A stretch of 63,988 bases of DNA, filler included, from Octopus bimaculoides (Eukaryota): NCBI RefSeq assembly GCF_001194135.2. It is 4 parts of 4 records of this genome, joined end to end, with 100 filler letters (N's around TTAATTAATTAA, not from the genome) between each part and the next. Parts side by side here need not be neighbours in the genome. Positions count along the whole stretch, not along the records: positions 24,433 to 55,704 come from NC_068983.1; positions 55,805 to 61,906 come from NC_068997.1; positions 62,007 to 63,988 come from NC_068982.1; 1 more part is not named here. One strand, written 5' to 3'. The position numbers and the translations under genes were made by a program. The stretch's first letter is position 1. The number at the start of each line of letters is the position of its first letter. Below the pieces are notes generated by a model that saw only the letters and a program-made list of their open reading frames with translations, had not been told where the DNA came from and searched no databases. This document shows positions 52,436-63,988 of the stretch, in pieces.

Positions 52436-53960
52436 CATCATCATCATCACTTAACGTCCGCTTTCCGTGCTGGCATGGGTTGGACGGTTTGACTGAAGAC
52501 TGACGAGCCAGATGGCTGCACCAGGCTCCAATTTGATCTGGCAGAGTTTCTACAGCTGGATGCCCTTCCTAACACCAACCACTCCCAGAGTGTAGTGGGT
52601 GCTTTTATGTGCCACCGGCACAGGGGCCACTCAGGCGGTACTGGTGACGGCCATGCTCAAATGGTGCTTTTTATGTGCCACCTACACAGGAGCCAGTCCA
52701 GCGGAACTGACAACAACCTCGCTCGAATGTTGTTTTTCACGTGCAACCAGCACAAGTGCCAGTAAGGTGACGCTGGTAACGATCATGTTCAAATGGTGCT
52801 TTTTATGTGCCACAGGCACAGGAGCCAATCAGTGGCCCTGGCAACGATCATGCTCAGATGGTACTTTTAACATTCCACTGGCACGGGTGTCAGTCAGGCG
52901 GTGCTGTCATTGGCCACGTCAGCAAATTTGATTTTGATTGTGATTTCACTTGCCTCAACTGGTCTTTGCAAGAAATGCATAAGTAGGCTGGTTACGCCAC
53001 TGGCATAAGCCACAGGTTATGGTCTCACTTGGCTGGCTGGGTCTTCTCCAGCACAGTATATTTCCAAAGGTCTCGGTCACTAGTCATTACCTTGGTGAGG
53101 CCTAATGTTCAAAGGTCATGCTTCACCACCTCATCCCAGGTCTTTCTGGGTCTACCTCTTCCACAGTTTCCCTCAACTGCTAGGGTGTGACACTTTTTCA
53201 CACAGCTGTCCTCATCCATTCGCACCACATGTCCATACCAGCGCAGTCATCTCTCTGATGCTTCTTAAGTTCAATTTTTCTATCATGGCACTTACACTCT
53301 GTCAAAATGCACACTGACATTACACATCCAGCGGAGCATACTGGCTTCATTCTTTGTGAGCTTACGCATGTCCTCAGCAGTCAAGGCCCATGTTTCACTG
53401 CCATGTAGCATGGTTGTTCATACGCATGTGTCATACAGTCTACCTTTTACTCTGAGCAAGAGGCCCTTTGTCACCCTCAGAGGTAGGAGCTCTCTGAACT
53501 TTGCCCAGGTTATTTTTATTCTAGCAGCTACACTTTCAGAGCATCCACCCTCGCTACTGACTTGGTTACCTAGGTAACGGAAGCTGTCAACTAAGTCTAA
53601 TTTTTCTCCCTGGAATGCGACAGAAGTTGTTCTCTGCACATTTCCAGTGTTTATTGCTTCTGAGCATCTGCCACATACAAAAACTATCTTCGCAGTTAGC
53701 CTTCCTTTGATATTGATGCACATCTTATGTGTCCATAGCTTACACTGGGTACATCTTATAGAGTTTCTACCTACGCCTTTTCTACAGATTGAGCAGGGCC
53801 ATCTACCTGAAGGGATTTGTGGTTTGTTTGCCTTCCTACTTATTAAGACTTAGGTTTTAATTAGGTTGACTCTAAGGCCCTTCGATTCTAATCCTTGCTT
53901 CTACACCTGAAACTTCTCCTCTATTCCTGATAGTGATTCAGCAATAAGAGCAAAGTGATT
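52436..53960 (-). mobile_element. 5'-truncated RTE LINE: RT C-terminus with Cys-rich insert, 3' UTR and (GAT)n tail
   Basis: SIRCTQCKLWTHKMC...FVCGRC...VDSFRYLGNQVSSEGGCSESVAARIKITWAKFRELLP...KGRLYDTCV, contiguous with the high-copy tail. Confidence 0.85.
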
Positions 53961-53985
53961 GGAGAAGCAAGTGGTTATCAAAACA

Positions 53986-54046
<61 letters not shown>

Positions 54047-55343
54047 CCAGTGTGAGGCTAGAGCATGAGGGGGAGAGATAATTCTTTTGGGATTTTTGCG
54101 AAACATAATTTTAATGAAACAGCAAATTGATAATAGAAAGAATGTAAAAATCTCGGAATTTTCAGTCAGCTAATCTGTGACAAAATTAGAGAAATAACTA
54201 ATTGACAATGTGACAAAAGTAAATAGATGCATGAATAAGTGATGATAAGGGTATTCGTGTAAGACAGAAGACAAAAACCATGTTTACAGAACTAAGAAGG
54301 GTCATGATCCGTGCTGAAATAGAGTGGAAAAAAATAAGAATCCTTATCTGAACAACATATTCTGGGTTTGTATTCTTTTGGAAGGGTAATGTGGTTAAAC
54401 ATTAATCAATTAACATTCTACAGTTCTTTGTTGATGGATTTACTTTATTAATTAATGTATTGACTAATTTACTAATATATCAGATAGTCAATTAGTGCCA
54501 TAGTTGGATTTAATCTATTAACAGATAAAATTAATTTATCAAATAATCAATTCATAAATAAATTTGATCCTCTCTTGATGACAAAACAAGAACTTCACTA
54601 TACTTAATTGGTTGAAGAATCACTACCACTGTGACATCTTTAAATATCAGAGTTATGAGTTTTCTTCCTTCCTTTCTTTTAATAAAAGTTTTTAAACTCA
54701 AAATTTCAGAGTATGAAGTAAAATTAATTTATGTTGTGTTTGTTTTTCACATTTTTTCTAAATTATTTCCAATCTGCATTCAGGTGGATTCTGAAATACA
54801 CTTAACTCTATTTCACAATGTTTCGTATTAAACTACAAAATAGATGGCCGAAATAAGAAGGGCTGGGGATAAAATGAGATTAAGAGTAAAAAATGTGGTG
54901 GTGGGACAAAATGAACAACAGTAATAATTAAATAAGTAAATGAATATAAATATAGATACATTGACAAAAAAAAAAAAATGAATGATATGTGATGAGGAAA
55001 GAAATGAAAGAAAAACCAGAAAGTATTCCAAGAAGCTTAACTGAAACGTGATGATTTCTTTAAGTGCAAGATTGTTATTTATCTAACCCTAACCACCCCT
55101 TATCATCTAATATTAATAACAATGTAAAGTAAAAGAAATGAAAGGTAAAAGGAGCAAATGAATGGCCGCATGTTGTAGCTATTGTTTGAGAAGGTATTTG
55201 AGATTTAGGATCAACGGATGAATTATAAAGAAGTATAATAACTATCAATTTATGTCTGAACTTTGAAGATTACTCTGTTTCCACCTCTTTTGCACTCAAC
55301 TTTTCCATGTCTTCAATTATCATCTTTTCTCTCCATTCAAGTA

Positions 55344-55377
<34 letters not shown>

Positions 55378-55609
55378 CATACATACATACATGAATGTGT
55401 GTATCTGTAAGTGTGTGTGTATATATGAATAGATATACATTCATATAGGCAAAGGTGTAGCTGTGTGGTAAGAAGCTTGCTTTCCTACCACATGGTTCTG
55501 GGTTCAACCCCACTATGTGGCACCTTCAGCATATGTCTTCTGCTATCGCCTTGGGCCAACCAAGGCCTTGCAAATGGATTTGGTATACAGAAACTGAAAA
55601 AAACCTTGT

Positions 55610-55644
<35 letters not shown>

Positions 55645-56599
55645 CAAGCTTTTTCAGTTTTTGTGTAACAAATCCATTTAAACTGAAAAAAGCTTGTCAT
55701 ATATNNNNNNNNNNNNNNNNNNNNNNNNNNNNNNNNNNNNNNNNNNNNTTAATTAATTAANNNNNNNNNNNNNNNNNNNNNNNNNNNNNNNNNNNNNNNN
55801 NNNNTAGAATTAAACAACCAAACTTTCCCGCTTTAATCTTTCTCTTTTATGGTCGGCCGACCATGAGCATGGACGTGTGCTAAAGCTGTCTCTACATCTT
55901 TTGGACTTACACAAGACAGCTCGCTCACAACTACAGAACAACGTTCCAACAACTATGCTCATACACACAGAAGCTGTAACAACAAGAACTAATGATGTAC
56001 ATATTTACCACCTAAATAAAATGTTGTTTAAGTTGATAGTCTGGAGTTCAGCATTCCGTTGTATTCTTATTTTATAGTAGGAAAGTCAGGTATACAATCC
56101 AAAGATGTATAACCCACTTTCCTATATTTCTAACCAAAATACACCCCTTATGAGTTTCAATTAAATTCTAAAATAGTCGTGAATTTAGACTAGTCTCATT
56201 AAACAACTGTAACTTTTTTACTTAACATATTAATGTTATGTAAAGGTTCTTAATCAATTTCACTGCATAACTTTTGTCTCAAAGTAACTCTAATTACAGG
56301 TAAATACAGGTAAATTCAGCAAAATATAAAAATATTAAAATTTTGTTTAAACATCACCATAGAAATGAGTTATCAGTTAATATTCAATTGGATATGCAAC
56401 AAAATTTTAATATACAAGAATTGTGCACATCACTAGATTATCAGTTGAATTTAATGCACATATGAACAGGTAAAGGTAAAATAAAATGAATACACAAGAA
56501 CATATATAATAAAGATTTACCATAGAAATTAAATCAAAACTTATCACTCACTTCACAGGTAAGTCAAAATTACAGGTAAATAAAAAGTAAAAACAAAGT

Positions 56600-58545
56600 A
56601 AATTTGAAAAATATTTAAACAATCTAATCATACATATATACAATATTTACACAATATTTCTGTCATGGAAACTTGTAAAACATCCCGCTCTACATATGCA
56701 ATCTTGCAGAATGCACATTGGAAAGAAGATTCAACTGGCTGTCCACTGGTAGACTTTCTTTGTTGATGTAGACATTCACAGCATTGCCTTTTGTGACCCT
56801 TGATTTTTTCTAATTTATGGAGATCAGCTGAACTCAGATGGATATCTTTCTGGTAGGTCTTGCTTTTCCTTCCTACAGTTATTTTTTGGAGGAATAACCT
56901 GCCCTCAACTGCGTTGCTACATCTGCTTGGAACTGCAGATGGTTGCACCGCTTTCAAGCACCTCCTGATTTGGTATATAATATAAATGCATTTGCAATGT
57001 TCATGTTAACTATATACCAAACCAGGTATTGTCATCATCTATTATTTGGTCTACTAACCAGATAATAACTCGTCATTTGGTTCAGCTGATCTACACTGTC
57101 CATGTATCTGTTATAATTGAGGTTCACAAACAGGGTGCCATTTTCATCTACACATGGTCGTGCACCAGTAGATAGAAAATTAATCTGCCTCTTATCTCTG
57201 TATGTGGTCGCTAGCAGATTTCCTTTCTGCTGTTGGATTATTTCACCTCATTTTAAAAACATTTTTCTCTTTTTTAGCACACGTATATGTCACAGCTTCT
57301 AAATCTACTGCTAGTTTGACTGAACTAAAAAAAATTGGTCAAAAAATATTATACGGCCCTGGTTATGGTATAGAAGTGATAAATTCCAGACTATATTGTA
57401 TCCTAGGCCATGCTGACTAAATTATTATCCTTTTTCCCAGTATAAAATCTAAACCCACAGCAGTACCCAGTATTTGTTTCGCTAATTTTCCAAAATTTGA
57501 TCCCTCATTTTGTGGGCTTTCCTGGCATATATTGTTGGAAGCGTACATTCCCTTTATACCCCACCATGCCCTCGTCGACGGATAAGGGTTGTAGAGTATT
57601 TTATATACGTTTTGAACAGTCAATGAAGGGTCTTATTTTAAACACAGGATCAAAGTTTGGTTCTCCATGTACTGGGGTACTGCTAGTGTCTCTCACATGT
57701 AAATACTGGTTCAATTTCACAAATTGTATCCTTGACATAATACTAGAAATGTACTGATTTCCAAAAGGTTTCTGACTGCTTCAGTAATTTGCAATTCTGG
57801 GTAGTTTTATACCCATAATAATATTTATGGCAAAAAATGCCTGTATTTCTTCTACACTTGTGGGAAACCACAAGCTATCTTTTTTTTCCAGTTTGTTTAC
57901 ATTTTGTGTAATGGTTCGTTTCTGCAGTGATGGCTTCAAACAAGCTTACTAGAAAAAATAAGAAAAAAAATGTCTAACAGTTTCGCTTCCTGAGAAAGAC
58001 TATGAGTAGATTCAATCTCTTCAGAAAAATCGTTGACAAAAATATTTTTTAACTCCTTACTCCATTCAGCTGTAAAATCGTCAGCACTATTGCTATCGCT
58101 GTTTTGAGTTTCTTCAGAATCACTGCTTTCAGTTTTGGATACAGAAATATTCGCTTAATTTTTATACAATACATGCTTTTGTATTTCACTCATACTTTTG
58201 CTCGATTTCTCCATATCTTCTGTTGAAAAGCCCTCAAATTCAGAATTACTGCTTGATAGCATGAAACTCCTATTAATTTTAAAAGTTGAAAAAAATCGCC
58301 AAAGAAAAAAAGTGGAAAAAGAATTTCCCAAAATTCACAGAATTCAGATATTACATCAAACAATTTCGGATACTTATAACTCAACTATTTACAAAGTGTA
58401 ATCACGTTTTCACGAATGTAATAACGAGATTTGTGCTGAAATTCACATTTAAATAACAATGGGTTCACTCAGAGAGCTATGGCCGGGTTGGTCATTTGAG
58501 CCAAAAAGTTTTCAACCAGCTGCAGCCAGGTTGGTATCGAAAGGG
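56600..58545 (-). mobile_element. piggyBac transposon fossil (PGBD4-like DDE transposase with Cys-rich C-terminus)
   Basis: TTAA|CCCTTTCGATACC terminus at 58549. LSVDEGMVGYKGNVRFQQYMPGKPTK*GIKFW, YRDKRQINFLST, YNRYMDSVDQLNQMTSYY, RQCCEC...FQCAFC. Has stops and frameshifts; other end not found. Confidence 0.85.
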
Positions 58546-59096
58546 TTAAGCTATTGACGATGGTGACAAAATCTGAGTATAAGGAGTGAAGTGAAATTGC
58601 TGCACTGCAAAACAAACCAATACAGTGTTTTTCATAAAAGTCAGTATGCTTTTGAAGTAGAAGTCTGGTTTTTCCATAATGGCCTTCTACCAGAATAGGT
58701 TTTTCTCTATGAAATTCTCATATATGAAGAACAGATTTTCTGTGACTTCGCTGAGCTGTTTCCCTCTCCTTGTAACCACCTAATTATATCATACAGCTTC
58801 AAAACTTAGCCTATACATAAAGAGAAATTTAGGTTATGAAAGACTCAATTATAATTGAAGTGGGATTGGGCTGATCAAATTGTCTATGATGTTTCTTTCT
58901 GGCAGGCTCTCTCATCATTCATAGAATATTTATGATGAATCACTGAAGACAATATACAATATCTATAAAGTGATGTGCTTTAAACATGGTTGTATGGCTT
59001 AAAAAAACATGGCCATCATACAAGAAATACACAGAGCTTGTAACAACTTTCATCAGATGCTTATGCACCAAACACATCTGCAAGAACTGCAATATC

Positions 59097-59545
59097 TTAA
59101 GGAGATTTTAGAACTAGCATTTTTGCTTGTTGCAAAATCAGCGACTGCATGTTCGCTCGAAATAGTGTGAGCAGAAGTGAGCTACTATCATCGCTAGCAG
59201 ACGAGGTGTCCAGTACTGAGGAGTGGTCGAAATAGCCCAAAACCAGAACTGGTCTGCTGGTCCTGTTGCTAGAAAGTGGTAGGGGTTCGCTCCTCTGCTC
59301 ACAATTTTTCAAATGCAGCTGTGTCGTTAACCAGCTAGAGGAGATGTCCTCTTGGGGTTGAAAAATCACAGTAGAGTCCATTTGAATGGCTATGAATATT
59401 ACTTGTCAGTACAACTATTGTGTTGATCTCTTAAGGAGATTTTAGAACTAGCATTTTTGCTTGCTGCAAAATCAGCAACTGCATGTTCACTTGAAATATA
59501 TATATTGTGAGCAGAAGCGAGCTACTGCCATCTCTACCAGACTCG
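59097..59545 (+). repeat. About 1.3 tandem copies of a 334-bp unit containing a hammerhead motif
   Basis: ttaaggagattttagaactagc... begins at 59097 and again at 59431. Confidence 0.8.
59210..59260 (+). ncRNA. Type I hammerhead ribozyme motif with core GAAA changed to AAAA
   Basis: CCAGTA-CTGAGGA-GTGGTCGAAATAGCCC-AAAA-CCAGAACTGG-TC-TGCTGG. 6-bp stem I, 4-bp stem III, GUC triplet. Confidence 0.65.
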
Positions 59546-59589
59546 GTTTTTTGTTGCTTTTTGAAGAATACTAAGTGAGATTTTTTTTG

Positions 59590-60650
59590 TGCAAAGCCAC
59601 CATTGTTGGGTGGTAGTGAAGTATTGAAAAATGAAGTTACGCAGAAGCTACTGGAGGTCGAGATGCTATAGACCCACGTGTGCTGAAGCCGAGAAGATGG
59701 AGTGGAATGAAGAGAAGATAACTAAATATTGGGAGAATGCAAAGAAAGAAGGGTCAAACATAAAAATGACCCTGCCAGAGGAGGAGAAAAGAAAAATGGA
59801 AAGCAGAACGGTGATATTCAGAACATTTTTGAATGAAAATAGGAGAATAGAACATGCACCACAGGAAGAGATAGAGGAAATGGTGGTGGTGAACATGGGA
59901 GAAAAGATAACGTTTTTTACAAGAAGAAGAAGATACGGAACTATAGTAGTAACCTTTCTTTCAGAAGATGAGGTGAGAAAATCCGGCAACATGATGTTGA
60001 CGGGAGTAAAATGGACGTTGATGCTAAACTGTTGGGGGCAAAAGAATTGTCAGGGTCAGGGTAGGAAGAATCTCACTGTCGATAGACCCAGAATGGGTAA
60101 TAGCCGCAACGTTTAATTCAGAACTGAGGAAGAAAGAAGACCTGAAGATTGGCATAGTAAGTAGAACACAACAATTAAATTGATGGGAGTATGGTATCGA
60201 AATAATCTGCACGATAAGCCAAAAATACTACAACGAAATGGCGGAAACTTTGGAATTACCAAATGGTGAAAAATTGGAAATAATGTTGGAGGGGAGACCC
60301 CGCCACCAAATGCTATGGATGTGGTGAAAGAGGGCACCTGAGAAGGAAATGTCCTAGAGAAGCAATGGAAATGGTGGAAGAAAGTGCTCAGGAAGATATA
60401 GTGGTGGAAAAAAAGCAAAAACAAAAAATAGAATATGATGGGAATGTTGCAGAGGTAAAACCCAGGAAACGAGAGAGAAGAAAGTCACCGACGACAGTGG
60501 ACTTGAAGAAGAGTAAAGGAATGGAGGAAGAAACCCAACCCACGATGAGAAACGGAGAAAATTTACCAGTGGAAGTACCAGCAAAGGAATTAGAAGTACA
60601 GTCATTTAGACCAAAAACAAGGCAACCTAGAATTACAGAAACCTAAAAAC
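59590..60650 (+). mobile_element. Degenerate L1/Tx1-like ORF1
   Basis: ESRTVIFRTFLNENRRIEHAPQEEIEEMV...YGTIVVTF, followed by a Glu/Lys-rich tail. Similar to the ORF1 at 63035-63283. Confidence 0.5.
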
Positions 60651-62006
60651 ATAGACATACAGACGAAACACGTAGAGTTATAGTCAAACGAACACACAGA
60701 CACACAAATACAAGAACACATAAAACAGCAGGAAAATAGAAGCAAAAAGAGACAACATGAAAAACACAAACGAAAAGAAAATTATAGTGAGATGGGACAA
60801 CCCAATATAAAAGATTGTAGAATTGAAAGACATTGTGAGAGATAGAAGAGGTAAGCTGAAATAATTTTGTAAAGACTGTAACTGGAGAAAATGTTTAGTT
60901 GAATTTTTAGGGAAAAACAAGTAAAGTTTGTAAAGGGTGAATGAACAAGTTTTTCGAAATGTTGTAAAAAACAAGGAAGAAAATAAGAAGTAAATTCTGC
61001 ATAAACAATTGGTTAAAAGGTGTGTAAATTGTAAGGCAAAAGCGAAAAGGGAAGTCGTGGTTTCGCCTCAGAGCTAGGCTAGAGGTTGTCTAAAAGTTTA
61101 AGTGAAAAGGAATCCCTGGTTTCAGCTCGCAACGGGAGCAAGAAGGCCGTCTCATTTGCATTCTATTTTATTCATTATACATTCATCTTCATATGTTTTA
61201 TGTACCTGCATGTTTTTGTATATCCCCTCTGTAATTAGGCCTTGTGCCTGTAATAAAGAATCAATCTCTACCAGACTTGTGTTGGATTTTTTGGCTGCTG
61301 CATTTGTGAGTTCAAATTGTTATACATCCAATGTTTTATTGTTGTTCTGTGTTATTGTTTGTTGTAGCACTTGTGAAGATTGAACTGTTGTTGGTCTGTT
61401 GACTGTAGTTTTCGCCCTGCAGGGCAGAAAATTTGGAATATTGTTACCGAACGGTGATTTGAACTTTGATTTTTACCCTTTGCAGGGTAAAGGTTGCTTT
61501 GTTAAAATATTACTTTAGCAAAATATTATTTTTTTGTCAAACTTTTTTTTTGGGGGGGAAAAAAAAAAAAATTGTGTCTAATTGTATTCCTTTTGAAGGA
61601 ATTTGTGTTTGATAATAACTATTCATTATGGATTATGATTTGATGTCACGCTTTTTTGGTTGTCGCTTATTTATGTTCGTGAGTTCAAATTTGTTATATA
61701 TTTAATGTTTTATTGTTATTGTTGCACTTGTTGGAATTGAACTGTTGTTTATTTGTTCATCATCATCATCATCATCGTTTAACGTCCGCTTTCCATGCTA
61801 GCATGGGTTGGACGATTTGACTGAGGACTGGTGAAACCAGATGGCTACACCAGGCTCCAATCTGATTTGGCAGAGTTTCTACAGCTGGATGCCCTTCCTA
61901 ACGCCANNNNNNNNNNNNNNNNNNNNNNNNNNNNNNNNNNNNNNNNNNNNTTAATTAATTAANNNNNNNNNNNNNNNNNNNNNNNNNNNNNNNNNNNNNN
62001 NNNNNN

Positions 62007-63300
62007 CCACATTCACCCATTCAACGAAATTACTGGGTGACAGTACCTTCCTCTCCAGCCTCAATTTCCTTTTCAGGTAGAACCTGAGAAGTCAATGAAG
62101 CCTTAGCCAAAGAGGAAGGTACCCGCCTTGAACCCTTTCAATCGCGTCCACCACACAACCTCTTTTGCCAAAGCCACCAGACAGAGAAAAATTACCCTCC
62201 CATCCCGGCCAAAGAAAGGAGGCGTAGCGATCTTCACAATGGACTCGGACGATAGTCGGAACCGCCCTACACGTGACAATAACTGTTCGACAAAGCTCCT
62301 AGAAAGGCCTCCAGGCGTCTGAAGAACTCCGGCTGCCCCGCTCCAATTGGTGCGTACACTGCGATCAGTCTCGTTATCGTTCACGTCCAGGACCACAGAC
62401 TTACCTTCCGGGTCCAGGAAGACTGACCGTATCTCGAGATCCAGGCATTTTCTGAACACTACCACCCCACACCTCATTCCCGGTCGACTAAGAGATGCGA
62501 AAATCTCAAAGTCATCGAAAATAGGAGCCAAGGTCTGTGTGTCCGCGATCCTAGTCTCACTGACGGCTATTACATCCAGACTTAGCCACTTGAGGTCGTT
62601 GCGCAAGCGTCCTTGCTTCCGCAACGACTCCAGGCACGTACACTTATACAGCCTACTTACCATGCTGGCCAGGAAGTAAAGAAAGGAAAAGGGAGTGTCA
62701 CTTACCCTCCTGGTACTGTTTTGTTGGGTTCTTCTGGAAACTCCCTTAAAAGTCATCTGCTGGCCATTACACTGGGAGATCCAACGTCACACAGGTAGCT
62801 CCGCTTAATGTTTGTATAAGTCTCTAATGTCATTCGCACCATCATTAGGCTCTCCGGTACTCAAAAAGTGTTACAGATCACCCCCTCTATTTCAATGTTC
62901 TCGTTTTGTGCTCTGGACAAATAATGGCGAGAAACCACCATAAATCCAAGCCTGGACTCCAGGTACAGTAATTCGCACCACCTTTCTTCCCAAGCACGTT
63001 GGGAAGAGGGTTATTTCCTCGGTGCGACGCCTGGTCACGGAGTTTTGTATTCTTGCACCTCGGTCTTAAAAAGGACATCTTCTCCGCCGTACTGCTTCGC
63101 TCTCGCAATGTGGTGGATATCCTGCCATATGTCTTTCAAAGCTCTTTTCATCTGATCGCATTTAATGTGTTCAAGATTCCTTGTCTTTGTGTTCACGCAC
63201 CTGTAGACAACTGTCCGCTTCGCTGTTGCTTCAAGCACGTCGCTTGGAGGCGTCAATTCTGCCCTCCTTCCATTCATTTTCATATATTTTGCTGCCTTGT
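62007..63300 (-). mobile_element. Internally deleted L1/Tx1-like LINE (ORF1, AP-endonuclease N-terminus, ORF2 C-terminus)
   Basis: SLDVIAVSETR...CGVVVFRK...FLDPEGKSVVLDV (EEP domain) runs directly into EQLLSRVGR...FLCLVALAKEVVWWTRLKG. No RT motifs. Confidence 0.75.
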
Positions 63301-63503
63301 TTAGTTTTTTTTTTCTATTTTGTTGTCCAATGAGATGTTAAACAATTCGACCCCAGGACTTATTCTTTGTAGGCTTAGTACCTATTCTGTCTCTTTTGCC
63401 GAACCGCTAAGGTACGGGGACTTAAACACGCCAACATCAGTTATCAAGCGATGGTGGGGGAACAAACACAGACACACAAACATATATATTATATGTGTGT
63501 GCG

Positions 63504-63536
<33 letters not shown>

Positions 63537-63766
63537 ATGTATGTATGTATATANNNNNNNNNNGTATGTATGTATATACGACGGGCTCATTTCAGTTTCC
63601 GTCTACCAAATCCACTCACAAAACTTTGATCGGGCTGAGGCTATAGTAGAAGACACTTGCCCAAGGTGCCACGCAGTGGGACTGAACTCAGGAGCATGTA
63701 CCACAAACAAGCTACTTACCACGCAGCCACTCCGGCGCCTGAAAGCACGCTATAAAAATAAGACTA

Positions 63767-63809
<43 letters not shown>

Positions 63810-63988
63810 GCGAAACTTTTTATCTGTAAGTATGAGATCATGGAGAACCACACTGATGTTGAACAATGACAATGAATCTCTAAATGCTGGAGATGTAAGA
63901 ATTTCATGTGGCATTTTCCAGGGTGACTCACTATCACCACTCCTCTTCTGTCTAGCCCTAATACCGCTCTCAAAATTGCTCAATGATG
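63810..63988 (+). mobile_element. 5'-truncated R4/Dong-like RT fragment
   Basis: SMRSWRTTL...VRISCGIFQGDSLSPLLFCLALIPLSKLLN, starting right after a (TAA)n array. Confidence 0.75.

Noticed and set aside
55900-55970. 63-bp AG/GTAAGT segment as a STARD5 or PTPN11 5' exon
   Set aside because: The translation (SVCMSIVVGTLFCSCERAVL) resembles neither protein.

Overview
AT-rich, microsatellite-dense eukaryotic genomic DNA. The repeat content suggests an octopus or other coleoid cephalopod (inference, not verified). There are many N gaps, and three 100-bp pads (44N-TTAATTAATTAA-44N at 24333-24432, 55705-55804 and 61907-62006) mark contig joins of uncertain size. Three genes lie on the minus strand. 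(1) The last five coding exons of an SHP2/PTPN11/corkscrew tyrosine phosphatase (23554->17209); no upstream exons were found. (2) The last three exons of a STARD5-like START-domain gene (42215->38368). (3) Between them, six phase-compatible exon-like segments (35382->29145), two carrying stops, weakly resembling a receptor guanylyl cyclase; probably a pseudogene. The rest is tRNA-derived SINEs, LINE fossils (RTE, CR1/L2, L1/Tx1, R4/Dong), piggyBac, mariner, hAT and foldback MITEs. The most unusual signal is a set of about 10 type I hammerhead-ribozyme (HHR) motifs, from intact to degenerate. Several are inverted pairs at the ends of palindromic elements, one pair lies about 1 kb downstream of the PTPN11 stop, and one motif sits in a 334-bp retrozyme-like tandem unit. 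All calls are by eye; repeat boundaries are approximate.
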